NCBI GenBank assembly: GCA_001785985.1
Contig: MFVE01000005.1
Span: 16,556 to 80,555, forward strand
Origin: Candidatus Nomurabacteria bacterium RIFCSPLOWO2_01_FULL_42_17
GTDB lineage: Bacteria; Patescibacteriota; Minisyncoccia; Phycocordibacterales; UBA9973
Direction: 5' to 3'
DNA: 64,000 nt
The notes below the pieces were generated by a model. That model was not told where the DNA came from, searched no databases, and was given only the letters and a program-made list of their open reading frames with translations. The position numbers and the translations under genes are program-made. This document shows, in pieces, positions 9,753 to 18,574 of the stretch. Within the stretch, counting starts at the first letter, position 1; the number at the start of each line of letters is the position of its first letter.

Positions 9753-9771
9753 ACTGAGGCAAGACCTCAGT
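9753..9771. terminator. Hairpin between convergent genes (AGG-N5-CCT family)
   Basis: ACTGAGG CAAGA CCTCAGT between two stop codons; same AGGTCTTGCCT core as the ligA insert. Confidence 0.45.
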
Positions 9772-9774
9772 GTT

Positions 9775-11925
9775 CTATTTCGCGATCTGGGTGGCTTCTT
9801 CGAATTTTACAGAAAGGAGCTTGGAGGCGCCGTTCGTGCCGATGGTGACTCCATAGAGCACGCCGGCGCGAGACATCGTCTCGCGATTGTGAGTGACGAC
9901 GATGAGCTGAGAGTGTTTGGAAAGTTTTTCGAGCATATCTCCGTATTTGCGGGAATTTGATTCGTCGAGCGCCGCATCCGTCTCGTCCAAGACAAGAAAT
10001 GGCGGAGGGTTTACTTGCGACATTGCAAACAAAAGCGCGATGGACGTGAGCGATCTCTCGCCTCCAGAGAGAGCGTGAAGCTCTTTGACCTTTTTGTGTG
10101 GCAGAGAAACATTTATATCTATTCCCTGCTCTGGAACAGTTTCTTCCATTGCCTCGCCATAGCCTTCGGCGTCGGCGTCGGCGGGTTCGTCTAGATCATC
10201 TTCAATACTTTTTTTCCTCTTTTCTGGTACAACGACAGCCAAAGACCCTGTCCCCCCGCCAAACATCAGCGAGAAAAATTCTTGGAATTCAACATTTATT
10301 TTTTTAACGCCCTCTTTAAATTCCACATCTATTTTCTCTTTCAGATCGGCGATGAGTTTTTGCAAAGATTCGATGCTTTTAGTCAAATCTTCCATTTCTT
10401 TAACCAAAAATTCATCCCTCTCGGAAACTTCCTTAAATTCTTTCATAATTTCCGCGCCACTGCCCATACCCGCATCTTCCAACTTTATTTTTAGGCGTTC
10501 AATTTTTTTCTTTTGCTCTTCCGACGGATTATTTTCATTACTTTCTGTAATTTGATAATCCTTGTAAGCCAAAACTTCCTGTCCGATGAGCGCCACACCT
10601 TCCTTGATCTCATTATGAAATGCCTCCGCCCGGCTCTTAAGATTTGCTTCCTTTATGTGGACAAGTTCCAAGGCGGAAGATAACTCCTGATGCCTAACTT
10701 TAAAGCTAAATCTTTCTCGTTCCAAATCGCGCAAGTCTTCCATCTCTTTATTTATGGCCTGTTTTAACGCTTCTATCTGACTAGTCAAACTTTTTTCTTT
10801 ATTTTCTATCTCCCTCACTTGCGCCAAAATATCAGTTTGCGAGTTTTTTAATTCTATTAATTCTTTCTCGCTGTTTTCTCTATTTTCTATCTGTTCTTTG
10901 CTGATCTCGCCTAATTCTTTTCCACAAGTCGGACATCGGCCAGAAATTTTAACCCTGTTCGCTTTTGCTTCAATCATTCCTTCTATTCGCCCCAGTTTGC
11001 GCTCTAATTCGCTTTTTAACCCACGATTTTCATTTAATTTCTGCTCCACTATTTTTAATTCTGCTATTTTTTTGTTTCCCTGAGCGGAATTAGCATCTTC
11101 GGTGTGAGAAATTTTTACAGAAACATTTTTTAATTCATCCGTGATTGCCCTCTTTTCAGCTGATAAATTTTCCTTCTCTGCATCTAAATAAACACTTTCT
11201 TTTTTTAGATATTCTCTATAAAGAACACCTAACTCCTTTTGCATTTCTTTCACTTTCTCAAATTTTTCCACCTGTTTCTTCAAAAAATTCAAATGGGGAG
11301 CATTTTCTCGGCGCAACATTCCTACTTCTTTCATATTTTCTTCTGTCCTTTCCAATTTCCTGACAGAATCTTTTATTTTGTACTGGTAAATTTTGAGTCC
11401 GAGCGCGTCTTCCACCATTTCTTTTCTATCCTTTGGGCTGGCATTCAAAATCCTATCTGCTTCGCCCTGCGAGATGATGTGATGTCCGGATGAGCCGATG
11501 TTGACTGATGCCAAAAGATTGTGAATATCTTTTAGACGCACTTCCGTGCCATTTAAAATATATTTATTTAATCCATCTGAAAAAACTTCGCGAGAAATAC
11601 TGATCGTGTCATAATTTAAATTTATATTATCTCCTCCGTCATTTTCGAGCTTGAAAATCTTGTCAGAATTATCAAAATGGATCACGACGGACGCGCCCCT
11701 CCCTTTAGGTAGATTTTTAGACCCTTTAAAAATAAGATCCAGGCCCGACTTGCCGCGCATAGACTTCATCGACTGCTCGCCTAACACATAGCGGATAGCC
11801 TCCACCACGTTTGATTTCCCAGAGCCATTCGGACCGACGACGCAGACGATACTGTTCTCGAACTCCAAAATAGTTTTTTGAGCAAAAGATTTAAAGCCAT
11901 TTAATTCTAGTTTTTTGAGTCGCAT
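9775..11925 (-). CDS. smc: Short Smc-family chromosome segregation ATPase
   Basis: GFKSFA, GPNGSGKSN, ISQG, LSGGERSL, PFLVLDETDAALD, VTH; 716 aa, coiled coil with central CPTC; next to rnc. Confidence 0.85.
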   Translation of the reverse strand: MRLKKLELNGFKSFAQKTILEFENSIVCVVGPNGSGKSNVVEAIRYVLGEQSMKSMRGKSGLDLIFKGSKNLPKGRGASVVIHFDNSDKIFKLENDGGDNINLNYDTISISREVFSDGLNKYILNGTEVRLKDIHNLLASVNIGSSGHHIISQGEADRILNASPKDRKEMVEDALGLKIYQYKIKDSVRKLERTEENMKEVGMLRRENAPHLNFLKKQVEKFEKVKEMQKELGVLYREYLKKESVYLDAEKENLSAEKRAITDELKNVSVKISHTEDANSAQGNKKIAELKIVEQKLNENRGLKSELERKLGRIEGMIEAKANRVKISGRCPTCGKELGEISKEQIENRENSEKELIELKNSQTDILAQVREIENKEKSLTSQIEALKQAINKEMEDLRDLERERFSFKVRHQELSSALELVHIKEANLKSRAEAFHNEIKEGVALIGQEVLAYKDYQITESNENNPSEEQKKKIERLKIKLEDAGMGSGAEIMKEFKEVSERDEFLVKEMEDLTKSIESLQKLIADLKEKIDVEFKEGVKKINVEFQEFFSLMFGGGTGSLAVVVPEKRKKSIEDDLDEPADADAEGYGEAMEETVPEQGIDINVSLPHKKVKELHALSGGERSLTSIALLFAMSQVNPPPFLVLDETDAALDESNSRKYGDMLEKLSKHSQLIVVTHNRETMSRAGVLYGVTIGTNGASKLLSVKFEEATQIAK
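10150..10185 (-). repeat. CCCGCC..GCTATGGCGAGGCA element in frame in smc
   Basis: Encodes PADADAEGYGEA; relatives at 15569-15601, 19103-19131 and 26257-26284. Confidence 0.7.
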
Positions 11926-11929
11926 ATTT

Positions 11930-12625
11930 TTAATCCAACCAATTCTTGACTTTCAGCGCTGCTTCGGCTGCTTTTTGTTCTGCTTCTTGTTTGGATTGGC
12001 CCTTGCCTTCGGCAATCAAATTAGGCCCGAAATAAATACCTAAGGTAAAATGCTTGTCGTGGTCAGGACCTGACTCATGCAACACTTTATAGGCCGGTGT
12101 GACATTCAAAAATTCCTGCGCGCGCTCTTGCACCAGAGATTTCGCGTCGCGCCACAACTTTTTTGACACTATCTCGGGTGTCTTGGGTAAAAGGCACTTA
12201 TTCACAAATTTACCTACCGCATCGATCCCTTGGTCCAGATATAGAGCGCCGACATATGCTTCAAATGTGTTGGCTAAAATATAGGACCTGGCCTTGCCAT
12301 TATCTTTGGCCTCACCTTTGGATAAAAGCAGATAATCATTCATGCCGATAGCAGTAGCAACTTCCGATATGATCACAGCATTCACCAGAGCAGAACGCAA
12401 AGCTGTCAATTCCCCTTCCGTATAATTAGAATACTTTTTATATAAAAAATCAGTCACGATCAGTTCTAGCACTGCGTCACCAAGAAATTCCAGCCTTTCA
12501 TTATGTGACAGCGACGTCTTTGGATTTTCATTTATATAAGAACGATGAATAAAGGCCTGCTCGAGAAGCTTTTTATCCTTAAAAATTATTTTTGTTTTTT
12601 TCTCAAAATCTGAAAAATTTATCAT
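11930..12625 (-). CDS. rnc: Ribonuclease III
   Basis: HNERLEFLGDAVL signature; C-terminal dsRBD (GPDHDKHF, GQSKQEAEQKAA). Confidence 0.98.
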   Translation of the reverse strand: MINFSDFEKKTKIIFKDKKLLEQAFIHRSYINENPKTSLSHNERLEFLGDAVLELIVTDFLYKKYSNYTEGELTALRSALVNAVIISEVATAIGMNDYLLLSKGEAKDNGKARSYILANTFEAYVGALYLDQGIDAVGKFVNKCLLPKTPEIVSKKLWRDAKSLVQERAQEFLNVTPAYKVLHESGPDHDKHFTLGIYFGPNLIAEGKGQSKQEAEQKAAEAALKVKNWLD

Positions 12626-13650
12626 AGGTTTTTATTATTTTTTATCCCGACGCCTTCAGGTCGGGACTCCGACTTTGCGTCGGAGCCACTTATTATCTCA
12701 ACTGCCTTTCCAATCAGCGGAATAATGTCATTATAAATACGAAGTTCCGGTATCGTGGACATCTCGAACCATTTAGCCGCATCAAGTCCGCCAGAATTTT
12801 CGAGCACCAGCTCTTTATATTCAGTATATGCTAAAAAATACACAACTTTTTTTAAAGTTTTACCGCTGGTGGGATGCGTCGCGACATATTCATTAACTCC
12901 GAGTCTTTCTTCTATTTTTATATCCAGCCCGATTTCTTTCTTGATTGCTTTTATTGTTCCCTCCTCTAGATTTTCAGCTATTTTAACTTTACCTTTCGAC
13001 AAAGTCCAATAGCCAAAAACATCGTGCACCAAGGCAAACAAAATATTTCCATCCTTCTTATTGTCTTTATGCGTATACACCAATGCGCCGGCTAAATTCT
13101 CCACCGGCAATTTGGTGATGTCGACCGGCTCTGGATGCTCCTTGGAATCGGCTCCACTCCTCTTCTTGTCATGATTTTTTTGGTGTTCTTTCTGATGATC
13201 TTTGTCGGGCTCGCCGATTTCTTTATAAACTGCTCCGAGCACGCCATTGACAAACTTGCCGGAATTTTCGCCGCCAAAAGTCTTGGCCAACTCTATCGCT
13301 TCGTTGATGGCCACTTTCGGAGGCACTTGCGCCCTATCGCCAAACAATAATTCCGTCAAACCAATGCGCAGAATATTCCTATCTACCACTGAAATTTTAT
13401 CTATCGGCCAATCCGGCGCGGCTTTTTCGATGATTTCATCGATCTTGGCTCGCTTCTTTAAAATTTCATCTATGAGAGCAAATACAAAAACATCATCCTC
13501 GAGCCCCGGGGCAAATTCTTTTAAATTTCTTTTTAATGCTTCTTTTATTTCTTGATGGGAAGTTGTAGCATCCTTTTTGTCCGCGGGCAAAAAGTCCCAC
13601 TCAAAAAGAGTCTGGAGAACTATTGATCTTGAAAGGTGCCTATTGGCCAT
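12622..13650 (-). CDS. nusB: NusB antitermination factor fused to a degenerate Nudix-like domain
   Basis: RHLSRSIVLQTLF, VDRNILR, PPKVAINEAIELAKTFG, FVNGVL; C-terminal WTLSKG...ENLEEGTIKAIKKEIGL. Confidence 0.9.
   Translation of the reverse strand: MANRHLSRSIVLQTLFEWDFLPADKKDATTSHQEIKEALKRNLKEFAPGLEDDVFVFALIDEILKKRAKIDEIIEKAAPDWPIDKISVVDRNILRIGLTELLFGDRAQVPPKVAINEAIELAKTFGGENSGKFVNGVLGAVYKEIGEPDKDHQKEHQKNHDKKRSGADSKEHPEPVDITKLPVENLAGALVYTHKDNKKDGNILFALVHDVFGYWTLSKGKVKIAENLEEGTIKAIKKEIGLDIKIEERLGVNEYVATHPTSGKTLKKVVYFLAYTEYKELVLENSGGLDAAKWFEMSTIPELRIYNDIIPLIGKAVEIISGSDAKSESRPEGVGIKNNKNL
12645..12685. repeat. Double CCGAC/GTCGG hairpin forming the nusB C-terminal extension
   Basis: TCCCGAC GCCTTCAG GTCGGGA followed by CTCCGAC TTTGC GTCGGAG. 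Confidence 0.7.
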
Positions 13651-13749
13651 ACATTAGTTCAAAGTTATAAAGTTCATAAAGTTAAAAGAAACTTTACAAC
13701 TTTACAACTTTACAAACTTGCTGATTTTTTTTGCTTTCTACTTTATAAA

Positions 13750-13980
13750 CTAGCTCTTCGCTGCTGATGCCTTCGCCTTTTCTTTCTTTTGTTTCTTTTC
13801 CGTCTTTTTGACTAAATCCAAAACCTTTTTTCCTCGGTAAAAACCGCAAGCAGCGCAAACTGTGTGCCGCCTCTTCAAAGCTTTACAATTTTCACATTTA
13901 GTAAAGCTCGTGCTAGAAAGCGCGTGATGCGAGCGCCTGTTTTTCGTATGCGATTTTGTACTCCTCATTCGTACTACCAT
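13750..13980 (-). CDS. rpmF: 50S ribosomal protein L32
   Basis: RRSHHAL...CENC...HTVCAACGFYRG zinc-ribbon pattern. Confidence 0.93.
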   Translation of the reverse strand: MVVRMRSTKSHTKNRRSHHALSSTSFTKCENCKALKRRHTVCAACGFYRGKKVLDLVKKTEKKQKKEKAKASAAKS

Positions 13981-14064
13981 AATGGGCTTATCCTAGCATA
14001 TTGCTCATAAAAAGCAATTCAAAGAAAACTTTAGAATAAAATAAAATATGCTATGATGTAATCT

Positions 14065-15309
14065 ATGGAAAAAGAGATTAATGAAATGGATAAAAATGAT
14101 CATCGAGTGATAGGCAAAGAGTTGGACCTGTTTACTTTTTCCGAACTTGTCGGACCCGGGCTTCCGCTATGGACGCCAAGGGGCACCGTGGTGCGTGAAG
14201 AACTAGACAAATTTGTGGGAGAGCTCAGAGAAAAATATGGCTACACCCGCGTGACCATCCCCCATATTACAAAACGTGAATTATATGAGAAATCGGGACA
14301 TTGGGATAAATTTTCTGATGAACTTTTCCGCATTACATCCCGTGAAGGAAAGGAATATGCATTAAAGCCAATGAGCTGTCCCCATCACACTCAGATCTTC
14401 GACCGCAAGCCGCATTCATATAGGGAGATGCCACAAAGATACGCTGAAACAACCATGGTCTATCGCGACGAACAATCAGGCGAGCTCGGGGGCCTAACTC
14501 GCGTGCTTTCTATAACTCAAGATGATGCGCATGTTTTTTGCAGGCACAATCAAGTCAAAGAGGAATTTTTAAAGATCTGGGATATCGTTGATACATTCTA
14601 CAAAACTTTTGGATTTAGTTTAAAAGTAAGATTATCTTTTCGCGATCCGAAAGAACAAAAAAAATATTTAGGCACAAAAGAAATCTGGGATACTGCAGAA
14701 AATGAACTTCGTAGTATCGCCGAAGAACGCAAGAAAGAATTTAAGACGGATTACTTTGAAGGTCTGGGTGAAGCTGCACTATACGGACCAAAGCTAGACT
14801 TCATGGCAAAAAATTCTGCCGGACGACAGTGGCAGGTGGCGACAATACAATTGGACATGAACCTGCCAGAGAGATTTGATCTAAATTGCATCAATGAAAA
14901 GGGAGAAAAAGAAAGAATAGTAATGATTCATGCAGCCATCACCGGCTCCCTAGAAAGATGCACAGCAGTATTGATTGAGCACTTTGTCGGAGCTTTCCCT
15001 CTCTGGCTCTCACCGGTGCAAGTAAAAGTGATTCCAGTGCGTGAAAATCATAATGAATATGCAAAGGAAGTTTTTGAGATGCTCAAAGAAAATAATATCC
15101 GCGCAGAATTTGATGATAAAGATGAGAACCTCGGCACCAAAGTCCGCGACGCGAAAAATAACAAGATCCCGTACTGGATCGTCATTGGCGACAAAGAAAT
15201 AGAAGCCGGCAAAGTCACCCTCGAATCCCGCGACTCCGGCCAGCTCGGTCAAATATCAACAGAAGAACTAGCAAAAAAACTTTTAGAGGAAATAAAAAAT
15301 AAGAAGTAA
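14065..15309 (+). CDS. thrS: Threonine-tRNA ligase, short form without N-terminal TGS/editing domains
   Basis: Starts at NDHRVIGKELDLF; KPMSCPHH, RDEQSGELGGLTRV, QDDAH, YGPKLD, TIQLD, GSLER. Confidence 0.96.
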   Translation: MEKEINEMDKNDHRVIGKELDLFTFSELVGPGLPLWTPRGTVVREELDKFVGELREKYGYTRVTIPHITKRELYEKSGHWDKFSDELFRITSREGKEYALKPMSCPHHTQIFDRKPHSYREMPQRYAETTMVYRDEQSGELGGLTRVLSITQDDAHVFCRHNQVKEEFLKIWDIVDTFYKTFGFSLKVRLSFRDPKEQKKYLGTKEIWDTAENELRSIAEERKKEFKTDYFEGLGEAALYGPKLDFMAKNSAGRQWQVATIQLDMNLPERFDLNCINEKGEKERIVMIHAAITGSLERCTAVLIEHFVGAFPLWLSPVQVKVIPVRENHNEYAKEVFEMLKENNIRAEFDDKDENLGTKVRDAKNNKIPYWIVIGDKEIEAGKVTLESRDSGQLGQISTEELAKKLLEEIKNKK

Positions 15310-15310
15310 T

Positions 15311-17392
15311 TTAAATATCAATCTCGGCGAGTTTGGCATTGGATTGGATGAAAGATTTGCGCGGAGGGACTTCGGATCCCATTAGGATGTCGAAAATTTT
15401 ATTCGCTTCTTCGGCGTCATCTATGTTTACCTTTTTTAATACGCGGTGCGCCGGATCCATCGTCGTCTCCCAGAGTTCTTCTGGATTCATTTCACCGAGA
15501 CCTTTATAACGTTGGATGTGAATTTTTGCAGACTTTTCTTTCCCGACGCTCTCCTCTTCTCCTTCCTTTGCCTCGCCAGAGTCGTCCTCGACGTCGGCGG
15601 GTTGTATATCGCTTATGTCTGCGCCTTTACCAACAATCTTTATTCTTTCTTCATCTGTATAAGCATAGGAAATTTCCTTGCCCTTTTTTATTTTATAAAG
15701 CGGTGGTTGAGCGATGTAAATATATCCAGCATCAATAATTTGTCTAAAATATCTATAAAAAAGTGTCAGCAGAAGCGTACGAATATGTGAACCATCCACA
15801 TCGGCATCGGTCGCAATGATTATCTTATGATAACGCATCTTTGCCAAATCAAATGTATCTCCGATAGAAGTGCCGAGCGCAATCACTAGAGATTTTATTT
15901 CTTTTGAAGCGAGCATCTTGTCTATACGCGCGCGTTCAACATTTAAAATTTTACCTTTCAGCGGCAAGATCGCTTGAGTGCGACGGTCTCTACCTTGCTT
16001 CGCGCTACCTCCCGCAGAATCTCCCTCGACTAAGAATAGTTCCGACTCCTCGGCATTTTTGCTCTGACAATCTGCCAATTTACCTGGAAGCGTCATTCCT
16101 TCGAGAGCGCCTTTTCGTAGAATGGAATCCTTCGCGGCTTTGGCAGCTTTGCGGGCCTTGAGAGCTAAAATAGACTTATTTATAATGACTTTTGCTTCAT
16201 CGGGATTTTCTTCTAAGAAATTATTAAAAGCCTCACCGAAAACAGTCGCCACCGCTCCTTGGGCTTCCATACTTCCTAATTTTGCTTTGGTTTGACCTTC
16301 AAATTGAATCTCGCGCAGTTTTACAGAAATAGCCACAGTTAAACCTTCCAGCACATCTTCGCCAGTAAATCCTCCTTCGGACTCTTTCATCATTTCATTT
16401 TTCTTGCAGTAAGTATTGAGAGTCCTCGTGAGCGCGGTCTTGAAACCTGTCACATGCGTGCCACCTTCGGGAGTGTTGATATTGTTAGCAAAAGGCACGA
16501 TGCGATCCACGATGTCATCCACATATTGGAGAGCTATTTCTACTCCCACGCCATCCAACTCTTTTTCAACATAAAAAATATTGCTCTGAATCGGTTTTTG
16601 AAATTTATTGTAATATTTTATGAGAGAAATTAGTCCGCCTTCAAAGTAAAAAGAGATAGATGGAAGCTCTAGGCCGAGATCTCGGAAATAAAAGACATCA
16701 CTATCATCCATCCCCTTTTTATCATGTAGTTCTTTTGCGTCTCTCGCATCGATTATTAAGATCTTTAATCCTTTAACTAAATAAGCTTGCTGGCGAATAT
16801 GGTTGACCACCGTATTCCAATCGAATTTAATATCTTTAAAGATTTCTACATCTGGTTCAAAAGTTACAATGGTTCCATGAAGTTTTGAGCTACCAACTTT
16901 TTTCACCGCGGACTTTTTCTTGCCTTGTGAATATTCTTGAACATATTTACCGCCATCTCTATGAACTTCTGCCTTACAAAAAATAGAAAGAGCATTGACC
17001 ACAGAGGCCCCAACTCCATGTAGACCGCCGGAAACTTTGTAGCCTTCTCCGCCGAACTTTCCTCCGGCGTGCAGAGTCGTCATCACCGTCTCGAGCGCGG
17101 AAACTTTTGTTTTTTTATGAGTGTCTACTGGTATACCTCGGCCATTGTCTGCGACTCGTACGCGATTACCTGGGAGAAGCACCACTTCAATATCATTACA
17201 AAAACCGCCCATCGCTTCATCGCGCGAGTTGTCAAAAATCTCCCACACCAAATGATGAAGCCCTTCTGGTCCAGTGGTACCAATATACATCCCCGGACGA
17301 CGTCTGACGGGCTCTAAACCCTCTAAAACCGATATATCTGAAGCGTCATAGTGGTGCCCATTACCCTTCTTTGTTACGTCTTCTTTTGCCAT
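15311..17392 (-). CDS. gyrB: DNA gyrase subunit B
   Basis: GLEPVRRRPGMYIG, DNGRGIP, HAGGKF, SGGLHGVG, VEGDSAGG, TDADVDGSHI, QRYKGLGEM. Confidence 0.97.
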   Translation of the reverse strand: MAKEDVTKKGNGHHYDASDISVLEGLEPVRRRPGMYIGTTGPEGLHHLVWEIFDNSRDEAMGGFCNDIEVVLLPGNRVRVADNGRGIPVDTHKKTKVSALETVMTTLHAGGKFGGEGYKVSGGLHGVGASVVNALSIFCKAEVHRDGGKYVQEYSQGKKKSAVKKVGSSKLHGTIVTFEPDVEIFKDIKFDWNTVVNHIRQQAYLVKGLKILIIDARDAKELHDKKGMDDSDVFYFRDLGLELPSISFYFEGGLISLIKYYNKFQKPIQSNIFYVEKELDGVGVEIALQYVDDIVDRIVPFANNINTPEGGTHVTGFKTALTRTLNTYCKKNEMMKESEGGFTGEDVLEGLTVAISVKLREIQFEGQTKAKLGSMEAQGAVATVFGEAFNNFLEENPDEAKVIINKSILALKARKAAKAAKDSILRKGALEGMTLPGKLADCQSKNAEESELFLVEGDSAGGSAKQGRDRRTQAILPLKGKILNVERARIDKMLASKEIKSLVIALGTSIGDTFDLAKMRYHKIIIATDADVDGSHIRTLLLTLFYRYFRQIIDAGYIYIAQPPLYKIKKGKEISYAYTDEERIKIVGKGADISDIQPADVEDDSGEAKEGEEESVGKEKSAKIHIQRYKGLGEMNPEELWETTMDPAHRVLKKVNIDDAEEANKIFDILMGSEVPPRKSFIQSNAKLAEIDI

Positions 17393-17443
17393 AAATATAC
17401 CCTTATTATAGCAAAAAACACTATGAAATGCTAGACTAAACGC

Positions 17444-18574
17444 ATGTCGAATTACAATGTAGAGACCCCTGAAGAAAAAGCTTTAAAAAAAGATCTGGAA
17501 CCCAAGACTGATGCACATTCCATGCGGCTGAAACGTTATCTCAGTATGCCGGACCTTTCTCGCACTCCCGGCAGTCCATTAGAAGAAATAGTAAGAAAGG
17601 CAAAAGAAGTATCTTCTCTTAAAAATTTTGATGACATAAAAATACCAGAGATTGTGCCGACGAAGATTCTTTTTGATCTATTCAATATGCCCGAAGGCCA
17701 TCCGGCGCGCAGTCCGTCAGACACTTATTATGTTGATGAAAATAATGTTCTGCGAACGCACGATACAGTGTTTTGGTATTATTATTTGAACCTTCCAGAC
17801 ATTAAAAAAAGAATTGCGAACAAGGAAACCCTCGGAGCCATTTGTTATGGCAAGGTATACCGTAAAGATGAAATTGACGCTCGTCACATGAATGTTTTCC
17901 ATCAATTTGGGGGCTGGTTAATAACACCAGACGATAAAAAAACTATAACTCCACAAGATTTAAAAAACACTTTGACAGAAATCGCGACAAGCATTTTCGG
18001 AAAAATAAATTTTCGTTTTTATGATCACACCTTCCCTTATACTGATCCAAGCTTTGAGATGGAAGCAGAAATTAACGGAAAATGGATAGAAATGTTGGGC
18101 TCTGGAATGGTCAGAAAAACTGTATTGTCCAATCTAGGACTCGAGGGTTATCATGGATGGGCTTTCGGCTTCGGTTTGGAGCGTCTCGCTATCGCTAGTA
18201 TGCAGCTACCAGATATAAGACTACTCTGGTCAGAAGATGAGAGAGTAAAAAAACAACTTAAACTTGGACAAAAATTCTCCGAGGTTAGTAAATACCCTCC
18301 AATTATTCGCGACATTTCTTTCGTAGTTAAAAATGATTTTATACCAAATGATTATTTCGACTTTGTCAGAGAAATCGCTCCAGGTATAGTGGAAGAAGTA
18401 CAGCTGTTGGATAAATATGAAAACGCAGAAAAATTCGGCGCGGGAAAAATAAGCTATGCGTACCGCATCATTTATAGATCTTTAGAAAAAACACTTACGA
18501 GCGAAGAAATCGACTTAATACATAAAAAGCTGGAAAGTGAAACGATAAAAATCTTCGGTGGAGCTATACGCTAG
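17444..18574 (+). CDS. pheS: Single-chain phenylalanine-tRNA ligase (catalytic domain plus FDX-ACB anticodon-binding domain)
   Basis: HPARSPSDTYY, LRTH, VYRKDEIDARH, FHQ, FPYTDPSFE, GWAFGFGLERLA; then KYPPIIRDISF...YRSLEKTLT. Confidence 0.9.
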   Translation: MSNYNVETPEEKALKKDLEPKTDAHSMRLKRYLSMPDLSRTPGSPLEEIVRKAKEVSSLKNFDDIKIPEIVPTKILFDLFNMPEGHPARSPSDTYYVDENNVLRTHDTVFWYYYLNLPDIKKRIANKETLGAICYGKVYRKDEIDARHMNVFHQFGGWLITPDDKKTITPQDLKNTLTEIATSIFGKINFRFYDHTFPYTDPSFEMEAEINGKWIEMLGSGMVRKTVLSNLGLEGYHGWAFGFGLERLAIASMQLPDIRLLWSEDERVKKQLKLGQKFSEVSKYPPIIRDISFVVKNDFIPNDYFDFVREIAPGIVEEVQLLDKYENAEKFGAGKISYAYRIIYRSLEKTLTSEEIDLIHKKLESETIKIFGGAIR

